The notes under the pieces were generated by a model that saw only the letters and a program-made list of their open reading frames with translations, did not search any database and was not told the DNA's origin. Positions 1-8,488 of a stretch of 64,000 nt of DNA are shown here, one piece after another (the first letter of the stretch is position 1; every line of letters starts with the position of its first letter). The position numbers and the translations under genes were made by a program. The stretch comes from Candidatus Marinacidobacterales bacterium. GTDB taxonomy: Bacteria > Acidobacteriota > Vicinamibacteria > Marinacidobacterales > SMYC01. The stretch spans positions 896,001 through 960,000 of the forward strand of contig CBDCYI010000004.1 in assembly GCA_965224085.1 (NCBI GenBank), given 5' to 3'.

Positions 1-265
1 ACTGCCGTCACGATCACTGGCGAGCCAAACCTCAAGCTCTCTAACCCAGCCGTGCCGACTGCCGTCACGACGGAAGTTCGTGAACCGTATCCCGGACGTG
101 ATCAACGCGCCGCCGGGCTTCGTCAGATGCGAGAAGCTGCCGGCGCTCAAGTACCGAGCGTTCCAGCTCGGCCTGTACGTCGCCGACTAGCGCAACCATG
201 GACCTTCCATGCCGAAAGCGCCTCCAACAATCTCGAGCTCGTCGACAAGACGATGGGGCCTAGAC

Positions 266-2105
266 CTATTCCCAGTGCAGCGCGCGTGTCGGGTTGATCG
301 TCGCCGCTCGCCGGGCGGGGAGGTAGCTCGCCAGGAGCGCGACGCTGACCAGCACCACCGACACGAGGCCGTAGGTCGTCGGGTCGACGGGACTCACGTT
401 GAATAGCAGCGCGCTCATCCATCGCGTCAGCAGGAAAGCGAAGCCGAGACCGATCGCGATGCCGACAGTCGCGAGCACCGCAGCGTGGCGCAGGAAGAGA
501 TTGCTCACGTCGTTTTTCTGAGCGCCGAGGGCCATGCGAACGCCAATCTCTCGGGTGCGCTGGCTGACGCCATAGGAGATGACACCGTAAAGGCCGACAG
601 CGCCAATGAGAAGAGCGACCGCGGAAGCGATGGCCAGCATGATGAGGGTGAACGACGTGCGGTTCATCGACTCGTCGAGGATCTCGGCGAGCGTCCAGAC
701 GTTAGCGAGCGGCACGTCGGGAGCGAGAGACCAAACGGCTTCGCGGATCTGCTGGAGAAAACCCGGGTCTCCGACTCGACTCGTCCGCACGGCGAAGGCT
801 AAGTTGCGTTGCGCAAATTGGATCTCTTCCCAGAAATCGGTCACCGACATCGGCCAGTACATCACCGCCGTGGCCGTCTTTCAAAGCATCCATGACCTGC
901 GGCCTCGTATATTTGAAGACGGGAAACAGTCCAAAGAAAACACCGGCCGCGAGAGACAGGCCGAGCGTAACGGCGAGCACGGTCGAGTCGATCGTAATGG
1001 CCTCGAGCCGGGGCAGCGTTTCGGGAGCTACGGCAACGAGCACGCGGATCGCCGCGTAGGCGACGCCGAGTCCGGCGAGACCACCCAGAAGCCCGAGCGT
1101 CACGCTCTCACCAAGAAGCTCTTTCGCGACGCGAGCGCGATCGGCTCCGAGCGCCGTTCGAAGGGCGAGCTCTCGCTGGCGTCCTTCGGCGCGCACGAGA
1201 AACAGGTTCGCGACATTGGCGCAGGCGATGAGCAGCACGATCCCCACCGTGCCGAGAAGGACCCAGAGGGTGGCGCCGACGTCGCCGATCACGTCCTCGA
1301 TGAGCGGATGGACGTCGGGTCCGAAGCGGGCGTCCTTCAGCATCTCCATTGACAGTCCGGTCGGGAAGGGAAACGTCTCGGTGGCAAGTGGGACCATCCG
1401 TTCGACGTCGGCGTTGGCTTGCTCGACGCTCGCTCCGTCCTTCAGTCGCGCGATCCCCTGATAGCTGAAGTTTCCGATGAACAGCTCGGAGCGATCGAAC
1501 TGGAACGGCAGATACACGTCCGGGTTCCACCGCAGAAAACGGAAGCTCGCCGGCAAGACGCCGATGATCTCTTGCGGGCGCCCATTGACGGTGAGCGTCT
1601 GGCCGAGGACGCTCGCTTTCGCGCCGAAGCGTCGCTGCCAGTACCCGTAGCCGAGTACGACCGTCTCGGCGCTTCCCGGCTCGTCGTCCTCGGCGCTGAA
1701 GATCCGACCGAGCGTCGGACGGGCTCGCAGCAGTCGGAGCGTCCCATACGTCACCATCATCGCGGGAACCCGTTCGGGCTCCGCCACGCCGGTAATGGTC
1801 ACCTGGTTGTTGTCCCACATGCCAATTTCGTCGAAGACGCGGCTTTCGTCCTGGTAGGTGAAATGAAGCGCGGGCGATTGATTCAAGCGGTCAAACCCGA
1901 TACCGGGTGCGACGTGCCAGACGCCCACGAGCCGCTCGGGCTCTTCGAAGGGAAGCGGCTTTAAGAGCACCCCATGGACGACGCTGAAGATCGCCGACGT
2001 CGCTCCAATCCCGAGTGCCAGGGTGATGACGGAGACGAGCATAAACAGCGGTGACTGCGCGAGCCGGCGGCCCACGTAACGGATCTGTGAAATTATCGAG
2101 GACAT
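266..2105 (-). pseudogene. ADOP/MacB-type duplicated ABC permease with an internal deletion and frameshift near 870
   Basis: ORF 702-2105 has the N-terminal MacB-PCD and first FtsX region (LALGIGATSAIFSVV, LLIACANVANL, RELALRTALGA). ORF 266-865 has the second FtsX (GLYGVISYGVSQRTREIGVRMALGA). They join out of frame at ALKDG|PTAVMYW and total ~610 aa versus ~800 typical. Confidence 0.85.
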
Positions 2106-2563
2106 GCCAACACCTCAATCTAGATACGCATCGACCCCCCCGGGAAGTTCCGCTCTTTTCCGCAGACGCAAGCGCTCGGGTGGAGACCGCTTGATCTTGC
2201 ACTACGCCTTTGGAGTTGGAACGCTGAGGCCACGCACGCTGGGCCACACCACGCGTTCCCCACAGCATCCATACTTCGTTCTTTTGCAAGCGCTCATCTG
2301 AGGAGAGACCTCGGTCAAGGTTATGCAGGGTTTGTGCGCCGAAAAGAAGGCGATTCGACCCCGAAAGCGGCTCGATTACAGCACTTTACAGTCGATCGCC
2401 GACAAAGAATCCGCGAATCGTGATCAGGTGGCTTTTGAGTTCTTTTTTCCGAGTTTCATAAGCTAACATGTGGATTCGGTGCTTTGGGAAAAGCCATCTG
2501 AGAACGATGAACATCATGCCAGCAAGTTCCGCCACGGTGGCACCCGTGAGGTAGAGGAGCGCT

Positions 2564-3232
2564 TTGTCCGAGAGCTCCCTTGAAGCGCTATCGGAGGGCG
2601 CGACGCGCGTCCTCTGCTACGCCTTCCGAGACATTGAGAAGGGAGACGTCGGGGTTTGTGGAGGTGACGTAGAAATCCTCCTCGAGCCGATACGCCCGCA
2701 AGCGAAGGTCATCGTCGTAGGTGGTGGCCATGTGGGCCGAGCGTTTGCGCACCTGGCCCACTGGTTGGGCTTTCGCGTCGTGCTCTCAGATGACCGGGCG
2801 GAGTACGCTACACCTGAGGCTGTACCCGACGCCGACGAGCATGTTTTCTGTCCTTTGTCGGAACTGCCGAATCATGTCTGCATCGACGAAAACACGTACA
2901 TCGTGCTAACGACGCGAGGCGTTCCCGTGGACGTAGAGGCTCTGCCTACTCTCCTTGAGACCTGCGCCGCTTACGTTGGGGTGATCGGATCTCGCCGGCG
3001 CTGGGAATTCTGCATTCGAGAATTGCGCAGAAGGGGAGTCCCTGAGGACCGGATCGCTCGTGTGACGTCCCCGATGGGGCTCGAGCTAAATGCCGAATCT
3101 CCCGAGGAGATAGCAGTCAGCATCCTGGCGGAAATTGTCATGCTACGTCGTGCGGCAACGGGTAGGCCCATGGGCCATGCCCCGGCTTCCACGCGTGAAT
3201 ACAAAGCAACCCACAGTGTCATAACTGAGTAG
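2564..3232 (+). CDS. XdhC/CoxI family Moco-insertion accessory protein, probably 5'-truncated
   Basis: Motifs VCGGDVEILLEP, VVGGGHVG, YVGVIGSRRR and SPMGLELNAESPEEIAVSILAEI; the usual N-terminal domain is missing. Confidence 0.8.
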   Translation: MSESSLEALSEGATRVLCYAFRDIEKGDVGVCGGDVEILLEPIRPQAKVIVVGGGHVGRAFAHLAHWLGFRVVLSDDRAEYATPEAVPDADEHVFCPLSELPNHVCIDENTYIVLTTRGVPVDVEALPTLLETCAAYVGVIGSRRRWEFCIRELRRRGVPEDRIARVTSPMGLELNAESPEEIAVSILAEIVMLRRAATGRPMGHAPASTREYKATHSVITE

Positions 3233-3694
3233 AGGATACGGATGGTCGACGAAAATTGGGCACAGCTTGCCGAAGAGTTCCAGTCGCTCTTGAACCTTGA
3301 GGCACCACCTTTGGCCATCACGTTTTCGATGGAGGTCCCGGCGGGAGTCTCCCGTTACGCAGGACGGGTCGCCAAACCTGCGCAGGACGGTAGGACTGGC
3401 AAAGTGCCTGCGGGATGTGTCTTTTGGATGAAGGCGACCGACAGAACCTTTACGACCATGTCCGAGGACCACGCCAACTGTAGCGTTGGGAGTGTTACAC
3501 ATGGTTTCAAGACGCTCGACGAGGTTGCTCACAATGGCGATGTCACCACGTTGCTCGACAGCCGTTGGGTGACGATGGACATCGTACCGACCATTCCGGT
3601 GGTGAAGCAACGATACAACTACGTTACTTACGGCCCGCTGCAGGAGGCGGAGATGGACCCCGACGTCATCTTTCTGCGCCTCCGTGCGATCCAA

Positions 3695-4281
3695 CTGAGC
3701 GGGTGCGCTCCATCGCCTAAAGGCGATGGGTTCGCGGGCGACTAAAGTCGCCTAAAGGCGCACGGCGGAGGATTACTCGCTTACCCTGAACGACTCGTCG
3801 TCTTCCGGCAGCTCTCCTTGCAGCTCGATGTACTTGGCCACAACCTCATCGGTCACGTTTCCGCTCGTCGCTACAAAATAGCCGCGCGCCCACAGGTGCC
3901 GACCCCAAAACTTCTTGCGGATCGCTCGAAAATCACGCATCAGCTTGTGCGATGTCTTCCCCTTGATCGCCTGCATTACTCGGCTCGGCGACAGCCGTGG
4001 CGGCACGCTCAGCAACAGATGAACGTGCTCTGGCCGTACATGGCCCTTCAGTATTTCTATGTGGTGCGTCGCACAGATCTCTCTTATCAACTCCCGCAGG
4101 CGAAGTGCTACATCTCCTCTCAATACCGGCTTGCGGTACTTCGGGATGAATACGAAATGGTAGTTTAATTGATACGTCGTGTGCGATGATTTCCGATATC
4201 CTTTCATCCGGGGATCGTACCGCAAGCCTCCTAAAGGCTTCGCCTGAAGGCGAGGGGTTTCAACCATCCCCGAGTGAGACA
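3695..4281 (-). mobile_element. IS200-like element (tnpA only), 587 bp
   Basis: Subterminal hairpins ccatcgcc-taaa-ggcgatgg and ggcgac-taaa-gtcgcc, and cttcgcc-tgaa-ggcgagg at the other end. No TSD; exact excision restores the host ORF (ends uncertain by ~2 bp because of a ct microhomology). Confidence 0.9.
3773..4207 (-). CDS. tnpA: IS200/IS605 Y1 HUH transposase
   Basis: YHFVFIPKYRK, EHVHLL (HUH), IKGKTS, LWARGYF and catalytic KYIELQ. Confidence 0.95.
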   Translation of the reverse strand: MKGYRKSSHTTYQLNYHFVFIPKYRKPVLRGDVALRLRELIREICATHHIEILKGHVRPEHVHLLLSVPPRLSPSRVMQAIKGKTSHKLMRDFRAIRKKFWGRHLWARGYFVATSGNVTDEVVAKYIELQGELPEDDESFRVSE

Positions 4282-4581
4282 CTTATGATTCTACACGACG
4301 CGATTCCTAACCTGCGCTTCGAAGGCAAGCCACAGTGCCACATCATCGCGATCGCGAAGGAACAAAACGAAGTGGCTGTTAGCGTCGGCTGCATGCTGAG
4401 CCGGGTTCGCACAGGGATGCCCAGCGACGAGGTTACGTGCGCGATACCGTCTGGTCGCTTCCGTGAACTGGTGAAGAAGCTTAGAGACACGTGTGCAGCC
4501 GATAACGCGGTTGCTCAGTACGCTGCTACGGATTCCGTCCGCTTTGCCGAGAAGTGCTACATCGTCTTCCGGGAAAAAAGC

Positions 4582-4914
4582 ATGGCCGACGACAGCCGAA
4601 TTCAAAAGTTCCAGGAGCTTCTTGCCAAGGACCCACGGGATCCGATGCTTCATTACGGGCTTGGAAACGAGCTCTCAAAAAGCGGCCGCTTCGCGGACGC
4701 CGTCGAGAGCTTTGAAGAGGCCATCCGCGTCAACCCCAACTACACTGCGGCATACCGTCAGTTGGGCAAATCCTTGGAGAAGTTGGGCCGTAAGGACGAG
4801 GCCCGACGTGCCTATGAAGATGGTATCGCCTTGGGTCTCGAGACCGGAGATTTGCAAACCGTAAAAGAAATGAAGGTTTTCCTGAGGCGTCTCGGAGCGG
4901 ATTCCGAAGCGTGA
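4582..4914 (+). CDS. Small tetratricopeptide-repeat protein
   Basis: DPRDPMLHYGLGNEL...AIRVNPNYTAAYRQLGKSLEKLG TPR pattern; in frame with the upstream DUF169 remnant. Confidence 0.85.
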   Translation: MADDSRIQKFQELLAKDPRDPMLHYGLGNELSKSGRFADAVESFEEAIRVNPNYTAAYRQLGKSLEKLGRKDEARRAYEDGIALGLETGDLQTVKEMKVFLRRLGADSEA

Positions 4915-6667
4915 GAAGGCGAAGTTGTACGCCGTGGGTAGTCTTAGAGAGTCCTGCGAGGTAGAACGCTTGGGATTTATTGGATACGCGGCCCGCCGAA
5001 ACGTAACTCCGGGTCGTGACGTCGTCCGGATCTTCATTAACTGCGCGCTCACGGATGCGCCCACCGTCGGCCAACGACAACGCTTGAACGACCCCGCGGG
5101 CCTTTCCCCCCCAGACGATATCCGCTTTCTCCATGCCATCGACGTCCTTTTCGAGGAGCGCCGATGTCGATTCACGGGACTCGATACGCTGTCAGCTATT
5201 CGTAAGTTCCACCGCTTCATGGGTGCGCTCGGTGCGCGGGCACGCGAGATGGGGCAGGGCCACGACTGGCCATTCGAGTCGACAAGGAACTTGTTGGAGA
5301 CGCTCGCACGTATCAAGCACTCCCGCGACTACAGTTCGATCGCTCAGTCCCCTCAACTCCGCAGATAAACCGACACGAGGCTCTCGAACGGTCAGGCATG
5401 ACGCAGCCGCGAAAGTAGCGGTTACCGCCGCCTCAATCGTCTCCATTCTCGAATCCAACGCCGAACCGCGCCAGCTCAACGCCCGACGCGCCAATTCTGC
5501 GGACCGAGATCACGGGTTCAGTAAGAGGAAGCCAGCTGCCCCCTTCGTCTTCCCACCGTGCCAAGGCCGAGCGTAGGTCGGGGGCGTCTTTCGCTTCCTG
5601 CTCGCTCGCGGGCGCCGCCGTGCTCTCGCGTTCGAGCTTTAGCCGGAAGTTCCCGGTTTAGGCCAGACGTAATGTATTGAACGCGTGGAGTTTTTCATCA
5701 GGGAAGGTTTCCCGGCACTGGGAACAAACCGAGCAGTTGCATTGCGCGTTGTTGTGTTGAGTTGGCTTCGGTCACCATCTGGAATGGTGGAGCGGTCGGG
5801 TCGGCTTTGAGTTGGCAAAGGTTGAGACTGCGGGTAGCAAGCTCGGCAAGAAGCGTGGGGAAACTGTGAATAGGTAATCCGTCAGATGTGCGACGGACGC
5901 TCTTTTTGTTTTTGGCCGAAGTCGAGGGCAGAGCTGGCAAGACGGGGTCTCGGGTCTCGCGGTCGGCGTCAAGTTGCTCGTCGACGAAAAGTAGTGGAGC
6001 AAGGGCCTTTTTCATGTGCCATTGCACATAGTAGGCGAGCAAGCACAAGAAGATGTGTGCCCGCACGCGTTGGGCATCGCGATGGCGGATGGGTCGTACT
6101 AACAGGTCGATGCCCTTCAAACAACGAAAGGCTTGTTCAACCTGAGAGAGCCGCTTGTAGCTGCGCACGGTGTCCTCGGCCGAGAGATGCTCAAGCGGCT
6201 CGCTGGTGCGGATTACGTAGATGCCGTCGCGTTCCGATTCTCGGCGAATGCTTTCCTCGCGTCTGCTGTAGCTAAAAAGGCTATCTTCGATCTTCAGTGT
6301 GAAGTGCTTGCCCACTTTGTAATGGTTGAGCACCTTTCCGACCTTCTTGCCAATTTCAGCTTTGTCCAAAGGAGTTTTCGTTCGCCGGGCAACCTGTCGG
6401 CGGATCTTGTCGAACTTGGCCTCGGTCGCTTCAAGCAGGGCCTGGCGCTTCCTTCGCCTCTCTTCGGCCAGCAGAGGGTTGTAGCAAGCAATCAGTCGCT
6501 CACCGGGAAAATCAATAGAAGTGATCTCCGCCAGGTTTTTTTGGTCGAACAGCGACAGCTGCAAACACTCCGTGTCCAGTAGTTTGCGAATCGCTGTCGA
6601 ACGCAAGGCTGAGATCCAGCCAAGTCCTGGGTATTGCCTTAGAGCCTTAATCTGGGCAATAATAGAC

Positions 6668-6696
6668 TTGACTAACCTAGCCTCCTAGCATACCAT
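6668..6696 (+). promoter_or_regulatory. Inward-facing sigma70-like promoter with -35 inside the IR
   Basis: TTGACT-N17-TACCAT; the same geometry occurs at 24471-24499. Confidence 0.7.
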
Positions 6697-6702
6697 CCCT
6701 CC

Positions 6703-6846
6703 CGTCACAATGAACCGCGTGTGGCTCGACCATCGGGTCACTCGCTAAATACAAGACCTCCTTCCCAGGGGGAAATAGGCGGGATCCTGCATGCCAACCA
6801 CATGCGGTTCGTTGTGACGACTGGCCCGGTGACCAATTCTCCGGGC
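6703..6846 (+). ncRNA. Putative structured RNA or 5' leader, copy 1 (family not recognised)
   Basis: 22-bp closing stem 6703-6724/6798-6819 with two G-U pairs, inner stem gggtc-a-ctcgct/ggcggg-atcc, then a gcccgg..ccgggc hairpin; covaries with the copy at 24506. Confidence 0.7.
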
Positions 6847-6869
6847 TCCAATCCACGAAAGGATGGCCC

Positions 6870-7361
6870 ATGCGGAGAGCAACATTGTTTCTACTTGTAG
6901 GTGTACTGGCTGGCTGTGGCGATGAGGGCGGGAGTACACCAACGTCCCCAGCGCCGGCGCCGACCACAACTCGTCAACCAAGGCCACCACGAAAGGCGAT
7001 CATCCATCTTGACGCGAATATTCCAGCCGTTCGCGTTACCGACCAGGGAAACGGCGTGATCCTAGATATAAATCTCGTAGAGCTAGGAGGCGTAGGCGCA
7101 ACAATCAACTTTATTAGACTAGATGTTTTTAGAGCGACAGGCTTTTTTGAAGAACGCCAGGAGTTATCAGGTGCCCGTCTTAGACGCGAACTTATTGGAC
7201 GAACTCGCGTTGAAGCCAATTCGCGAAGACGTTTTTCCGTCATTTTTTGGTTTAGGGCCACGGTGAAAAGAGGAAGGGGATTAGAAGTCACCGTTGGGCT
7301 TACCGATGACAACGGAAACGTGTTTGAGCTAAGTGAAGCGTTTGTTTTTACTAGAGCCTGA
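6870..7361 (+). CDS. Passenger lipoprotein of unknown function
   Basis: Signal and lipobox MRRATLFLLVGVLAG-C, Pro/Thr linker, beta-rich C-terminal region; SD gaaagga at 6857. Confidence 0.8.
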   Translation: MRRATLFLLVGVLAGCGDEGGSTPTSPAPAPTTTRQPRPPRKAIIHLDANIPAVRVTDQGNGVILDINLVELGGVGATINFIRLDVFRATGFFEERQELSGARLRRELIGRTRVEANSRRRFSVIFWFRATVKRGRGLEVTVGLTDDNGNVFELSEAFVFTRA

Positions 7362-7455
7362 AGTGGAGGTCATTGCAATCAAGGCCGGAGGCTTCCGGCT
7401 AGGCGGTGGGCTTCGGTTCTGATATAGACTAGAGCCTGAAAAAGGAGGAAAGGCT

Positions 7456-7815
7456 GTGACCGAAACCAAGTGGCTAACCGCCATACACTATCTCTTTACC
7501 GAATCCAACGGGAAAATCGTTGCACATTGCTTGGATTTGGACATCATTTCTAGCGGGAGCACGAGAGAAGAAGCCCAAGAGAAGCTAAATGCCTGCGTGA
7601 AGCAACAGATTATGTCATGCTACCAGGAGAAGAATTACAGCCAATTGGTTTTTCAAGCTCCTGACAGCTATTGGAGAGAGTTTGATGAAGCCGTAGATCT
7701 GCCCTCATCTGTTCTCGAAATCGAGTTCCAAGGACCAACAACAACTAGACTGCACGCCCAATCGTTTGTGTGCCCTGGGCAATTGAAGTTAGAGGCCGCT
7801 TTGTGCGGTGCCTGA
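7456..7815 (+). CDS. HicB-like antitoxin-fold protein
   Basis: IVAHCLDLDIISSGSTREEAQEKL matches the HicB N-terminal pattern; strong SD aaggagg. Confidence 0.65.
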   Translation: MTETKWLTAIHYLFTESNGKIVAHCLDLDIISSGSTREEAQEKLNACVKQQIMSCYQEKNYSQLVFQAPDSYWREFDEAVDLPSSVLEIEFQGPTTTRLHAQSFVCPGQLKLEAALCGA

Positions 7816-8039
7816 AAGATGTCCTGGCACCATTGGAAGAAAAAAGGGGCGTCAGGATCATCGGAACATGGAAACTAAAATGCCGTAATGGAATCACGCT
7901 GGCACACCCACACAGCATTTTCCCTTATGGCGGACCAAGGTATCAAATAGACACCACCAAAAACGAAAACCCAGAAATTACAACAGTCGAGATAGAGGCG
8001 TTGGAGCGCAGGTTTGGAAAGTTCTGGATGAAGGTATGA
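7803..8039 (+). CDS. Small protein, possible HicA-like toxin
   Basis: GTG start overlaps the end of the HicB-like gene; 78 aa; His-containing AHPHS motif and a C-terminal helix. Weak resemblance only. Confidence 0.4.
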   Translation: MRCLKDVLAPLEEKRGVRIIGTWKLKCRNGITLAHPHSIFPYGGPRYQIDTTKNENPEITTVEIEALERRFGKFWMKV

Positions 8040-8189
8040 TTTTCTAAAAAAAGATCATAGGAAGAATCTTGTAGCTGTTCGTTCGGCGAACAGCTTAGGC
8101 GGTATCGGTAAAGCTTCCAAAGGAGAAGCTATAAGCCCATGAGAAAACCGATGATCATCCCCGAGCGCTACCTGGCTGGCACCCCCCTA

Positions 8190-8232
8190 ACCACAAGATG
8201 TAGTGATCAAGCCGACCACAAGATGTTGTGGT
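8190..8232. promoter_or_regulatory. Tandem NrdR-box-like palindromes
   Basis: accacaagatgtagtga (8190) and accacaagatgttgtggt (8215) fit CACwAnATnTwGTG, 25 bp apart. Confidence 0.5.
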
Positions 8233-8241
8233 TAGTGGAAT

Positions 8242-8269
8242 GCCTGTCAAGGTTCACTTATAATCCCCC
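8242..8269 (-). repeat. Orphan internal IS1595-type terminal repeat
   Basis: Reverse complement gggggattataagtgaaccttgacaggc is 23/28 identical to the left IR of the element at 24452. Confidence 0.8.
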
Positions 8270-8281
8270 AAGGAAAGAACC

Positions 8282-8488
8282 ATGCTAAGGAAACCAGAAC
8301 TCCACGAGGGCGACGCCGCGCTAAACCGCTTCACCAAGGCCCTGAAGACGATCTTCTCAATACCGCGGAAGGACGCAGAGCGGATTCGGATGGAGGCCCG
8401 TACTCCGATGGCTAGACGGGTGTCTCCTGACCAATCAGCTCCAGATACGTCAACCGCTTCCCCACCGCCTGACGAAGAGCTCGAGTAA
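8282..8488 (+). CDS. Small protein convergent with and overlapping the IS1595 transposase 3' end
   Basis: SD aaggaaag; MLRKPELHEGDAALNRFTKALKTIFSIPRK is predicted helical; positionally equivalent to ORF 25350-25541. Confidence 0.55.
   Translation: MLRKPELHEGDAALNRFTKALKTIFSIPRKDAERIRMEARTPMARRVSPDQSAPDTSTASPPPDEELE

Larger units (their letters stand above)
3242..4581 (+). pseudogene. DUF169 family protein interrupted by IS200
   Basis: Removing 3695-4281 restores ...IFLRLRAIQ-LMILHDAIPNLRFEGKPQC...SVGCMLSRVRTG in frame. Cys motifs AGCVFW, HANCSVG and SVGC are typical of DUF169. Confidence 0.8.

Noticed and set aside
1-70. 13-bp repeat actgccgtcacga at 1 and 58 as a possible CRISPR edge
   Set aside because: Only two short copies, no third repeat and no cas genes; spacing of 57 fits a coding repeat.
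3695-4281. TnpB/IscB RNA-guided nuclease associated with the IS200 elements
   Set aside because: Both IS200 pieces have tnpA only, with the right end directly after the stop; no RuvC ORF.
4925-5368. 147-aa ORF after the TPR gene
   Set aside because: TTG start, no recognisable motif; cannot support a call.
6703-6846. Structured segment as a known riboswitch, 6S, SRP, retron msr-msd or attC site
   Set aside because: Lacks the cobalamin, c-di-AMP, SAM and SRP consensus order; too short for 6S; no reverse transcriptase or integrase in the window; no RYYYAAC/GTTRRRY ends. An Rfam search is still needed.
6677-6967. Minus-strand ORFs across the RNA (type I toxin candidate, aaggaggt SD)
   Set aside because: No well-spaced start after the SD, no hydrophobic peptide, and indels in copy 2 do not preserve the frame.
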